Shown in pieces: positions 8,539 to 16,233 of a stretch of DNA of 30,381 nucleotides. Numbering within the stretch: the first letter of the stretch is position 1; the number at the start of each line of letters is the position of its first letter. The DNA comes from Limnochordales bacterium (GTDB lineage: Bacteria > Bacillota > Limnochordia > Limnochordales > Geochordaceae), in the NCBI GenBank assembly GCA_036563935.1, contig DATCLL010000075.1:1-30381 (forward strand), read 5' to 3'. The notes below the pieces were generated by a model that was not told where the DNA came from, made no database searches, and saw only the letters and a list, made by a program, of their open reading frames with translations. Both the position numbers and the translations under genes were made by a program.

Positions 8539-9033
8539 GTGGCCGTCTTCCAGGGAGACCTGCAGGCCGCCGGTCGGCGCTTCGCGGTGGTGGTGGCCCG
8601 CTTCAACCAGCTGGTGACCCAGGCCCTGCTGGAGGGCGCCCGGGACGGCCTCATCCGCCACGGCGCGTCGGCCTCGGACATCGATGTCATCTGGGTGCCC
8701 GGCTCCATGGAACTGGCCCCGGTAGCGGCCCGGCTCGCCCGCTCGGGCCGCTACGACGCCGTCATCTGCCTGGGTGCGGTGGTGCGGGGCGGCACCGCCC
8801 ACTTCGAGCACGTGGCCCGGGAGACCAGCGGCGCCATCCGCCAGGTGGCCCTCAGCAGCGATGTGCCGGTGCTGTTCGGGGTGCTGACGGCCGACGACCT
8901 GCAGCAGGCCATGGACCGGGCCGGCGGCAAGATGGGCAACCGGGGGTACGACGCGGCCGTGGCGGCAGTGGAGATGGCCAATCTGTACCGCCAGCTGCCG
9001 CCCGGCGCCGGCCGGAACGCCGGCCAGAGCTAG
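8539..9033 (+). CDS. ribH: 6,7-dimethyl-8-ribityllumazine synthase
   Basis: VVARFNQLVT, WVPGSMEL, ICLGAVVRGGTAHFEHV, FGVLT, GNRGYDAA. Confidence 0.97.
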   Translation: MAVFQGDLQAAGRRFAVVVARFNQLVTQALLEGARDGLIRHGASASDIDVIWVPGSMELAPVAARLARSGRYDAVICLGAVVRGGTAHFEHVARETSGAIRQVALSSDVPVLFGVLTADDLQQAMDRAGGKMGNRGYDAAVAAVEMANLYRQLPPGAGRNAGQS

Positions 9034-10295
9034 CGGCCCGGCGCCGCGCCCCCCAGGCCGGTGATGGCCGCCCGGGCCGCCTGCTGCAGGGCCGGCCGCC
9101 CTTCCAGGCTCTCGAAGGAGAACAGGACGATCCCCGAGGCTCCCGCCTGCCAGGCTGTCCGCACCAGGTTCACCAGCTCCTCGGGCCGCCCCGAAGGGAG
9201 CCGGTAGACGCCGATGCCGGCCCGGATCCCTGCCCGGCCTCCCGCGCTGGCCACGGCGGAGCGCACCCAGGTCCCGAGCTGCGAGGGGTCCGTGGTGTAC
9301 GACATGAGAGCGACGGAGCTGACCCAACCTGCCTGCAGCCAGGCCAGCCAGTTTTGGGCGTAGCTCTCCCGGGCCCGGCGCAGCTCTGGCATGACGGCGG
9401 CCGACAGGGCCAGCGCCAGCCCCTCCTCCCGCAGGGCCGATGCCACCTCTCGCACGAGGGTACTGACCTGCTGCTCCCGGAAGGCCTGCCAGGCCCGCAC
9501 CTCCTCGGGCGTGACAGGCAGGGCAACGCTGGCCGACGGCGAGCCGGCGGCCGGCGGGTGCTCGAGCCCGGACGCCTGCCAAAACCGCTGCAGGGCGGCC
9601 GGGTGGTAACCCAGATGGGGTCCCGGGTAGCGGACGTAGTCCAGGTGGATCCCGTCCAGGTCGTAGCGCCGAGCCAGCTCCTGGACCGTCTCCACCACCA
9701 CCCGCCGCACGCCCTCCAGGCCAGGGTCGACGAACAGCCCGTTGACCTCCGGGTGCTCCCCGACCCGGTACCGCCACAGGGAGCGCCCCTCCCGGTCCAC
9801 CGTCACCCACTCCGGATGCCGCACCAGGGGGTGTCGGGGGTCCGTCGGCGGCGCGTCCAGGCGCCCCCACGGGTAGACCAGCAGCCACCCGTGTACCCGC
9901 AGCCCGGCCCGCCGGGCCAGGGCCAGCACCTCGGCCAGGGGGTCCGCGGGCATCCGGGGCAGGGCCGGCATGGGCCAGATGGCCGAACGGTACGCGGCCT
10001 CGCCCCGGGATAGCACCTGTACGTAGAGGTCCTGTACCCCCAGCTGGCGGGCCAGCCCGACCGCCGCCCGCAGGCCCTCCGGGTCCACCAGGCTCTCCTG
10101 CCTCACCCATAGGCCCACCTGCACCGGGGCTGGCGGGCCGGGCGGCTGCGCTGCCCGCTGGACCCCCAGCACCTGCACCCCGGCTGCCGCCGCCGCCCCC
10201 ACCAGCGCGCCCAGGAAGGCGACCGCCAGCACCGCCCGCCGGCGGCGGGCGGGGCGCCCGGAAGTGGCTGGCGTCGGCAACGGATGCTGGTCCAT
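9030..10295 (-). CDS. Exported glycosyl hydrolase-like family 10 (GHL10/DUF187, DigH/YddW-like) protein
   Basis: Leader ARRRRAVLAVAFLGALVG; LYVQVLSRGEAAYRS, GLRVHGWL, RHPEW, FVDPG, YDLDGIHLDYVRYP, ALSAAV, QNWLAWL, LMSY are typical of this family. Confidence 0.8.
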   Translation of the reverse strand: MDQHPLPTPATSGRPARRRRAVLAVAFLGALVGAAAAAGVQVLGVQRAAQPPGPPAPVQVGLWVRQESLVDPEGLRAAVGLARQLGVQDLYVQVLSRGEAAYRSAIWPMPALPRMPADPLAEVLALARRAGLRVHGWLLVYPWGRLDAPPTDPRHPLVRHPEWVTVDREGRSLWRYRVGEHPEVNGLFVDPGLEGVRRVVVETVQELARRYDLDGIHLDYVRYPGPHLGYHPAALQRFWQASGLEHPPAAGSPSASVALPVTPEEVRAWQAFREQQVSTLVREVASALREEGLALALSAAVMPELRRARESYAQNWLAWLQAGWVSSVALMSYTTDPSQLGTWVRSAVASAGGRAGIRAGIGVYRLPSGRPEELVNLVRTAWQAGASGIVLFSFESLEGRPALQQAARAAITGLGGAAPGR

Positions 10296-10301
10296 GCTAG
10301 C

Positions 10302-10571
10302 TCACGAAAACCTCAAGAACATGCGGGCCGCCCTCTGCAGGGCCTCCTCCCGCTCCGGTCCCTCTTTGGCCATGCAGTCGCGGAAGTGCTCGCCCATGAG
10401 GCTCATGGCCACCCGAGAAAGGGCTGCCCGCATGGCCGCCAGCTGCAGCACGATCTCCTCGCACTCCCGCTTCTCCTCCAGCATGCGCTGGATGCCCCTG
10501 GCCTGGCCCTCGATGCGCTTCATGCGGTTGACGAGATCATCAGCGGCCGGATGACCTCTGCCTGCGGCCAA
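10302..10571 (-). CDS. CsoR/RcnR-family metal- or thiol-sensing repressor
   Basis: NRMKRIEGQARGIQRMLEEKRECEEIVLQLAAMRAAL...GEHFRDC with Cys/His/Cys. The TTG start is uncertain. Confidence 0.9.
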   Translation of the reverse strand: MAAGRGHPAADDLVNRMKRIEGQARGIQRMLEEKRECEEIVLQLAAMRAALSRVAMSLMGEHFRDCMAKEGPEREEALQRAARMFLRFS

Positions 10572-10641
10572 AGCGTCATCGACCCCTCCCCGCCCGGCGG
10601 GGCCACCCCGTGGGCCCCTCGCCGGCCCCGGGCGCAGCCGG

Positions 10642-11364
10642 CTACGCCTGTCCGTCCTCGGCCCCCTCCTCGGCGGGCGGCTCCAGGCCCACCGTGGTGA
10701 GGACCACCTGCAGGAGATAGTTCTCCGGGACCGCCCCCTCGATGAACTCCGTCTCGTTGATCACGGTCCGGGGGACGCCCCGCACGCCGTACTGCTGGGC
10801 CAGCTCCGGGAATTCGGTGGCCTCGATCATGTCCGCCGTGATCTGCGGGTTCTCCATGGCGAACTGGTGGGCCAGCCTTACTGCCTTGGGGCAGTACGGG
10901 CAGGTGGGGGTCACGAAGACCTTCAGGTGTACCGGCGTCCGCAGGGAGGCCAGGGCCTTGCGGGTGCGCTCGGACAGCCGGGTCTGGCCGGAGGCGACAT
11001 CCATCATGGACTCCACCAGGGTGGTGAACTCGTACCCGGCGGGGATGCCGAAGTAGCGCACGCCCCTCAGCCGCCGGTCCGGGTCCGTCACCACGATGGC
11101 CGGCACCCGGTCCACCCCATACGCCTCCAGCATCTCCGGCTGGGCCCGACGATCGTACACCTCCACCTGCACCTTCCCGTCGCCGGCCGCCTCGGCCAGC
11201 TCCTGCACCAGCTGCACCGTCTCCCGACAGTACATGCAGTTGCGCTCGCCGGGCACCACCAGCCGGGAGGGCTGCTCGGAGAAGACCAGGGCCACCACCC
11301 GGCCGTCCAGCTTTTCAAACATGGAACGGATCGCCTGCCGGTCCCGCTCGCCGATCATGGGCAT
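10642..11364 (-). CDS. Protein disulfide oxidoreductase with two thioredoxin folds (PDO / AhpF-NTD-like)
   Basis: Two CxxC sites (CMYC, CPYC), VDRVPAI, YFGIPAGYEF, FVTPTCPYCP, GVPRTVIN. Start taken at ATG 11364; the ORF track starts at 11379. Confidence 0.9.
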   Translation of the reverse strand: MPMIGERDRQAIRSMFEKLDGRVVALVFSEQPSRLVVPGERNCMYCRETVQLVQELAEAAGDGKVQVEVYDRRAQPEMLEAYGVDRVPAIVVTDPDRRLRGVRYFGIPAGYEFTTLVESMMDVASGQTRLSERTRKALASLRTPVHLKVFVTPTCPYCPKAVRLAHQFAMENPQITADMIEATEFPELAQQYGVRGVPRTVINETEFIEGAVPENYLLQVVLTTVGLEPPAEEGAEDGQA

Positions 11365-11430
11365 CGCGGCACCAACCACCTTCCCGTCACCGGCGCCCTG
11401 TGCGGCCCGTGGGCCGAGCAGGTCAGGTGC

Positions 11431-11449
11431 CCCTACCCGGTAGGGTATC
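11431..11449. promoter_or_regulatory. CsoR-type operator palindrome
   Basis: Minus strand ATACCCTACCGGGTAGGG, i.e. TACC-N6-GGTA, overlapped by a perfect CCCTACC-C-GGTAGGG inverted repeat; just downstream of the predicted transcription start. Confidence 0.7.
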
Positions 11450-11463
11450 CTGATGCCGCTCCC

Positions 11464-11492
11464 TCCATATCACAGCCGGGGCGCGCTGTCAA
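11464..11492 (-). promoter_or_regulatory. Candidate sigmaA promoter of the PDO-csoR-hydrolase cluster
   Basis: TTGACA (11492-11487, overlapping the ispF stop), 17-nt spacer ending TGa, TATGGA (11469-11464). Confidence 0.65.
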
Positions 11493-11965
11493 GAAACGGA
11501 CACCACCAGCACCGTCGCCAGCGCGGCGATGGCCTCACCGGCTCCCACCGGCCCCAGCCCCTCCGCGCTGCGGGGCTTGACGGAGACGGGAAGGTCGGGG
11601 CACTCGGCCGCCTGCCGGATGGCCCCGGCCATGGCGGGCGCGTAGCCGGCCAGCCGCGGCCGCTCGGCGATGACCACCGCGTCTACCTGGGCCAGTCGCC
11701 AGCCCGCCTCCCGGGCCAGCTGCACCGCCCGGGCCAGCAACTGGCGGCTGTCGGCCCCCTCCCAGGCCGGTTCCGTGTCGGGGAAGACGCTGCCCAGGTC
11801 GCCCAGGCCGCACGCTCCCAGCACCGCGTCGGCAATGGCGTGCAGCAATACGTCCCCGTCCGAGTGCCCCAGCAGCCCCAGGGGGTGCGGAATCTCGACC
11901 CCGCCCAGGCGCAGGGGCCGTCCCGGCACCAGCCGGTGCACGTCGAAGCCCAGCCCCACCCGCAT
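11489..11965 (-). CDS. ispF: 2-C-methyl-D-erythritol 2,4-cyclodiphosphate synthase
   Basis: MRVGLGFDVHRL, LLGHSDGDVLLHAIADAVLGA, GDLGSVFPD, EGLG. A TTG at 11980 is an alternative start. Confidence 0.97.
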   Translation of the reverse strand: MRVGLGFDVHRLVPGRPLRLGGVEIPHPLGLLGHSDGDVLLHAIADAVLGACGLGDLGSVFPDTEPAWEGADSRQLLARAVQLAREAGWRLAQVDAVVIAERPRLAGYAPAMAGAIRQAAECPDLPVSVKPRSAEGLGPVGAGEAIAALATVLVVSVS

Positions 11966-11984
11966 CCCCAGCGAACCCAAGGCC

Positions 11985-12764
11985 TCAACCCCCGTTGCTG
12001 TGGAAGCTCTCCTCGACCGGCCGGTCGCCCCAACCCCGGCTCAGCAGCGCCTCCACCATGACCAGGTCCTCCGGGACGGTCACCTTCAGGTTGGCCCTCG
12101 ACCCCGCCAGCACCCGCACGGGCTGACCCAGGGCCTCGACCAGGGTGCAGTCGTCCGTCGCTTCCAGGCCCCAGGCCTCGGCCCGCTCGTGGGCCTGCCA
12201 CAGCAATTCGAAGCGGAAGGCCTGGGGCGTCTGTATGTTCCACAGCCGCCGGCGATCGGGGGTCATGAAGACCAGGCCCCGCTGGTCCACCAGCTTGACG
12301 GTCTCCTCCGCGGGCGTCCCCACCGTCGCGGCGCCGTAACGGCAGGCCTGCTCCACCGTCTGCAACACCAGCTGCTGGGTGACCAGGGGGCGCACCCCGT
12401 CGTGCACCACCACCAGGTCCCACGGGGGCTCAAGGGACTTGAGGGCTCGCAGGCCGGCGTGGACGGACCGGCGCCGGGTGCTCCCGCCGGGCACCACATC
12501 CATCACCTTGCGCAGTCGGTAGCGGCGCACCACTTCCCGCCACGCATACTCCACGTCGCCGGCCCGCACCACCAGCACCACGCCTTCCACCGCCTCGCAG
12601 CGGTCGAAGACGTCCAGGCTGTAGTAGACCAGCGGACGGCCCAGCACGGGGAGGAACTGTTTGGCCACCGGCACCGACAGCACGCCGGCAAAGGGCGAGA
12701 AGCGCCAGCGCTCGGCCATGCGCTGGCCCTCCCCCGAGGCCACCACCACCGCCGCCACGCGCAT
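11985..12764 (-). CDS. ispD: 2-C-methyl-D-erythritol 4-phosphate cytidylyltransferase
   Basis: VVASGEGQRM...KQFL, GGSTRRRSV, VHDGVRP, IQTPQAF, ATDDCTLVE, NLKVTVPEDL. ATG at 12764 lies just after the yacL stop. Confidence 0.96.
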   Translation of the reverse strand: MRVAAVVVASGEGQRMAERWRFSPFAGVLSVPVAKQFLPVLGRPLVYYSLDVFDRCEAVEGVVLVVRAGDVEYAWREVVRRYRLRKVMDVVPGGSTRRRSVHAGLRALKSLEPPWDLVVVHDGVRPLVTQQLVLQTVEQACRYGAATVGTPAEETVKLVDQRGLVFMTPDRRRLWNIQTPQAFRFELLWQAHERAEAWGLEATDDCTLVEALGQPVRVLAGSRANLKVTVPEDLVMVEALLSRGWGDRPVEESFHSNGG

Positions 12765-12765
12765 G

Positions 12766-13842
12766 TCAGGGCGCGACCCGGTCGGCCACCTTGGGCCGGG
12801 CAAAGATCATACGCCCCGCGGAGGTCTGCAGGACGCTGGTTACCGTCACGTCCACCGACTCGCCGATGTGGCGGTGTCCCCCGTCCACCACCACCATGGT
12901 GCCGTCGTCCAGGTAGCCCACGCCCTGGCCCTGCTCCTTGCCGTCCCGGATGAGCTGCACCGTCATCTCCTCGCCGGGCAGCACCCTGGGCCGCAGGGCG
13001 TTGGCCAGCTCGTTGACGTTGAGGACCATCACGCCCTGCAGGGAGGCGACCTTATTCAAGTTGAAATCGCTGGTGAGCACCCGGGCCTGCAGTTGCCGCG
13101 CCAGGCGCACGATGCGCTGGTCTACATCGCCCCGCCCGTTGGCCTCCAGGATCCGGACCTCCACATGGGGGCCCTTCTGCAGCTGCCGCAGGATGTCGAG
13201 CCCCCGCCGCCCGCGGCTGCGGCGCATGGCGTCCGGTGAGTCGGCGATGCGCTGGAGCTCCTGCAGGACGAAGCTGGGAACGATCAGGGTACCCTCCAGA
13301 AAGCCGGTGCGGCAGATGTCCTCCACCCGGCCGTCGATGATGGCGCTGGTGTCGACCACCACCGGCCGGGGCCGGCGAGCCCCGTCGGCACCGTCATGGC
13401 GGGGCCGCCAGCGAAGCAGCCCGGCCAGCTCGTCGTGCCGCTTGACGCCCACCGTCATGCCGACGTAGGCCAGCGCCGCCGTCACCAGGGCAGGGAACAG
13501 GTCGCCCACCACCGGGATGTCCCGGGGCAGGGGTAGGGTCAGCAGGAGCGCGATGACGAGCCCCGCGACGAGGCCGGCCGTGCCGAAGATCAGCTCCGGC
13601 ACCGACGCCCGGTGGGCGGCCCGGGCGGCCGACTGCAGGCACCGCTCCACCCACCGGGACAGCCCGCCCCCCACGGCCATCCCCAGCAGGCCCACCGCCA
13701 GGGGGAGCACCACCGGTAGCTGCCCGGGCTGGCTCAGGCCCAGCGCAGCGCCCAGCCGACCGTCTACCAAAAGCCAGCCGATCCGGTACCCCGCCACCGC
13801 CCCCGCCGTCGCCAGCAGCCAGCGCAACACCACCGACCCCAT
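12766..13842 (-). CDS. yacL: Membrane PIN/TRAM-domain protein (YacL family)
   Basis: N-terminal transmembrane helices; VDTSAIIDGR, RGRRGLDIL, DFNLNKVA, QGVGYLDDGTMVVVD, TSVLQTSAGRMIFA. Confidence 0.93.
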   Translation of the reverse strand: MGSVVLRWLLATAGAVAGYRIGWLLVDGRLGAALGLSQPGQLPVVLPLAVGLLGMAVGGGLSRWVERCLQSAARAAHRASVPELIFGTAGLVAGLVIALLLTLPLPRDIPVVGDLFPALVTAALAYVGMTVGVKRHDELAGLLRWRPRHDGADGARRPRPVVVDTSAIIDGRVEDICRTGFLEGTLIVPSFVLQELQRIADSPDAMRRSRGRRGLDILRQLQKGPHVEVRILEANGRGDVDQRIVRLARQLQARVLTSDFNLNKVASLQGVMVLNVNELANALRPRVLPGEEMTVQLIRDGKEQGQGVGYLDDGTMVVVDGGHRHIGESVDVTVTSVLQTSAGRMIFARPKVADRVAP

Positions 13843-13884
13843 GACGGCCCATCCTCCCCGCGGTTGCCCCGCCGCGGGACACCC

Positions 13885-14370
13885 TCAGGAACCCAGCACC
13901 TCGTCCAGGCGCCGCTCCACCTCGGCGGCCGGCAGGCCCTGCGCCAGCACCAGCTCCGACACCAGGATCTGACGGGCGCTGTCCAGCATCCGCCGCTCGC
14001 CCGTGGACAGCCCCTTCTCCCGGTCACGGAGGGTAAGGTTGCGCACCACTTCCGCCACCTCGAAGATGTCCCCGCTGCGGATCTTCTCCAGGTTGGCCCG
14101 GTAGCGGCGGTTCCAGTTCTGTGACATTTTGGTCTTCTCCCCTTGCAGCACGGCAAAGACCCGGTCGACCTCGTCGGAGCTGATGACCTCCCGCAGGCCA
14201 ACCTCCTCGACGCTGCGCAGGGGGATCATCACCTGCATGTCGCCGAAGGGCAAGCGCATGATGTAGTACGGCTGGCGCTGGCCCAGCACTTCCCGCTCCT
14301 CGATGGCCTCGATGATCCCCGCTCCGTGCATGGGATATACCACTTTGTCTCCGACTTTGAAGGTGGCCAA
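13885..14370 (-). CDS. carD: CarD family transcription factor
   Basis: FKVGDKVVYPMHGAGIIEAIE, NWNRRYR, LSTGERRML. TTG start at 14370 follows GGGAGGT; the ORF-track extension to 14418 is leader sequence. Confidence 0.95.
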   Translation of the reverse strand: MATFKVGDKVVYPMHGAGIIEAIEEREVLGQRQPYYIMRLPFGDMQVMIPLRSVEEVGLREVISSDEVDRVFAVLQGEKTKMSQNWNRRYRANLEKIRSGDIFEVAEVVRNLTLRDREKGLSTGERRMLDSARQILVSELVLAQGLPAAEVERRLDEVLGS

Positions 14371-14436
14371 CGGGTGTCCGACCTCCCATCGCGCCCAGCA
14401 TGCACCCCGGTATGGCATGCACGCGATGCATGCAGT

Positions 14437-14465
14437 ATTCTAGCATTCGCGCCGTCCTCTGTCAA
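14437..14465 (-). promoter_or_regulatory. Near-consensus sigmaA promoter for carD-yacL-ispD-ispF
   Basis: TTGACA (14465-14460), 17-nt spacer ending TGc, TAGAAT (14442-14437). Confidence 0.85.
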
Positions 14466-14570
14466 AGCCAGGGACCGCCAGGAGCCGCCACGAGGCGACA
14501 CCATTCAACATTACCTCGCCGCTCGGCCGCTCGCCGTGGCTCGGGCTCTGCCGTCCTCTTGCGGCCGTGC

Positions 14571-14609
14571 GGCCACCGGGCAGGACTGCCGGGAGGGCCA
14601 CCGGGCAGG
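14571..14609. repeat. 14-bp direct repeat GGCCACCGGGCAGG x2
   Basis: Exact copies at 14571-14584 and 14596-14609, just past the disA stop. Confidence 0.7.
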
Positions 14610-14618
14610 CCCTTCCCG

Positions 14619-15704
14619 TCACAGGTGGCGGTCCAGCAGGATCTGGTCCCGAAGCCGGTTCAGGCCTTCCTTGATGGTGCGGGCCCGAACCTCCCCGATG
14701 CCCTCCACGTCGTCCAGCTGGTCCGTGGTGGCCGCCAGAACGCCCGGCAAGCGCTGAAACTTCTTCACCAGGTTCTCGATGACCGGCATGGGAAGCCGGG
14801 GGATCTTGTGGAGGATGCGATAGCCGCGCGGGGTCACCGCCATATCCAGGTCCGGAGCGGAGGCGTGCCCCATGGCCTTGAGAATGGCCTGCACGTCTAC
14901 GGCCTCGTGGGCGCTGAACCGGCACAGTTCCGCCCACGCCTGCTCCGGCTGGCGGCCGTCCTGCGCCACCCAGTAGTCCCGGAAGACCAGGTAGCCCTCG
15001 TCGGCGATCTCCCGCATCAACTCCTCCAGCTGCATCTCCACCAGCTGGCCTTCCACCCCCAGCTCCACCACGTAGCGCTGGATCTCCACCGCGATGCGGT
15101 GCACCATCTGGGCCCGCTGCAGCACCGTCACCACGTCCTGCAGCGTGGCCAGGTCCTCGAATTCCAGCGCGGAGAGGTTCAGCAGGGACTGCTCCAGCAC
15201 CGCCCGGTAGCGCCCCAGGGTGGCCAGGGCCTGGTTGGCCTTGGCCAGCAGCACGTTGACATCCCTCAAAACGTACTTGATGTTTCCTTTGTAAAGCGTG
15301 ACGGTGTTGCGCCGCTGGGAGATGGAGATGACCAGCTGCCCCGTCTGCTTGGCCATGCGCTCCGCGGAGCGGTGGCGGGTGCCCGTCTCGAAGCTGGGGA
15401 TCATGGGGTCGGGGTTCAGCTGGGCGTTGGCGTACAGGATCCGCTGGGCATCGGAACTGAGGACGATGGCCCCATCCATCTTGGCCAGCTCGTACAGGGC
15501 CGAAGGATGCAGCTCCGCGTTGACGTGAAAGCCCCCGTCCACCAGGTCCAGCACCTGGCGGGTGTCGCCCACCACGATGAGGGCGCCCGTGCGGGCCCGC
15601 AGGATGCTCTCCAGCCCCTCCCGCAGGGGCGTCCCGGGTGCCACCATCCGCAGCACCCGCATCAACTCGTCGTCCAGGGGGTCCGTCAGGCGGGCAGGCC
15701 TCAC
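14619..15704 (-). CDS. disA: DNA integrity scanning diadenylate cyclase
   Basis: APGTPLREGLESILRARTGALIV, MDGAIVLS (DGA), TGTRHRSAER (RHR), C-terminal HhH LDDVEGIGEVRA. Confidence 0.97.
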   Translation of the reverse strand: MRPARLTDPLDDELMRVLRMVAPGTPLREGLESILRARTGALIVVGDTRQVLDLVDGGFHVNAELHPSALYELAKMDGAIVLSSDAQRILYANAQLNPDPMIPSFETGTRHRSAERMAKQTGQLVISISQRRNTVTLYKGNIKYVLRDVNVLLAKANQALATLGRYRAVLEQSLLNLSALEFEDLATLQDVVTVLQRAQMVHRIAVEIQRYVVELGVEGQLVEMQLEELMREIADEGYLVFRDYWVAQDGRQPEQAWAELCRFSAHEAVDVQAILKAMGHASAPDLDMAVTPRGYRILHKIPRLPMPVIENLVKKFQRLPGVLAATTDQLDDVEGIGEVRARTIKEGLNRLRDQILLDRHL

Positions 15705-15747
15705 CGCTCGCCGGAGTCCCTCCTCGGCTGGCCAGGGGCCTCAGCCC

Positions 15748-15777
15748 TTGACAGGCTCCACGTGGGGATTATAACAC
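15748..15777. promoter_or_regulatory. Overlapping divergent sigmaA promoters (csaA on +, disA on -)
   Basis: Plus: TTGACA (15748-15753), 16-nt spacer, TATAAC (15770-15775). Minus: extended -10 TGtTATAAT with the hexamer at 15773-15768. Confidence 0.7.
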
Positions 15778-15854
15778 TCTTGTACCCCCGCGGGCACGAA
15801 CGCCCATGCGGGGCCAACGAGGCCGCGCCCCTGGCGCGCACCGAGGGGGTTCCC

Positions 15855-16217
15855 ATGACCCAGCCGGCCGCCGACCAGCGCAAGCCGCCCGTGGAGCCGG
15901 AAGTCTTCCAGCGCCTGGACCTGCGGGTGGGGCAGGTGGTGGACGCGCAGGTCGCGCGGGGAACCCGCCGTCCCGCCCTGTGGCTGACCATCGACTTCGG
16001 TCCCCTGGGCGTGCTGCGCTCCAGCGCCCAGATCACCGACCTCTACCGCCCCGAAGAGCTGGTCGGGCGCCAGGTGGTGGCGGTGGTGAACCTGCCTCCC
16101 AAACGCATCGCGGGCTTTGTCTCCGACGTGCTGGTGCTGGGTGCCATCCGGCCCGACGGGGCCGTGGTGCTGCTGGCCCCCGACCGCCCCGTGCCGCCCG
16201 GACTGCCGGTGGCGTAA
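15855..16217 (+). CDS. csaA: tRNA-binding protein / secretion chaperone CsaA (OB fold)
   Basis: FQRLDLRVG, IDFGPLG, SSAQIT.LY, VVNLPPKRIAGFVSDVLVLG. ATG follows GAGGGGG; it is the C-terminal 120 aa of ORF 14400..16217. Confidence 0.92.
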   Translation: MTQPAADQRKPPVEPEVFQRLDLRVGQVVDAQVARGTRRPALWLTIDFGPLGVLRSSAQITDLYRPEELVGRQVVAVVNLPPKRIAGFVSDVLVLGAIRPDGAVVLLAPDRPVPPGLPVA

Positions 16218-16233
16218 GCGCCCGGTCCTCCCC

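Noticed and set aside
10293-10304. csoR stop TGA is in frame with the hydrolase ATG (TGA GCT AGC ATG): possible Sec or readthrough fusion
   Set aside because: In-frame spacing has a one-in-three chance. Only a weak 5-bp hairpin follows, not a convincing SECIS, and fusing a cytoplasmic repressor to a signal-peptide protein is implausible.
10642-11364. Possible selenoprotein among the redox genes, given selB
   Set aside because: PDO, CsoR and McsA all use Cys codons; no in-frame TGA inside any recognised domain.
13856-13877. GC hairpin between carD and yacL as a terminator
   Set aside because: No U-tract; its arm runs into the yacL SD, so it is more likely an ordinary intercistronic structure.
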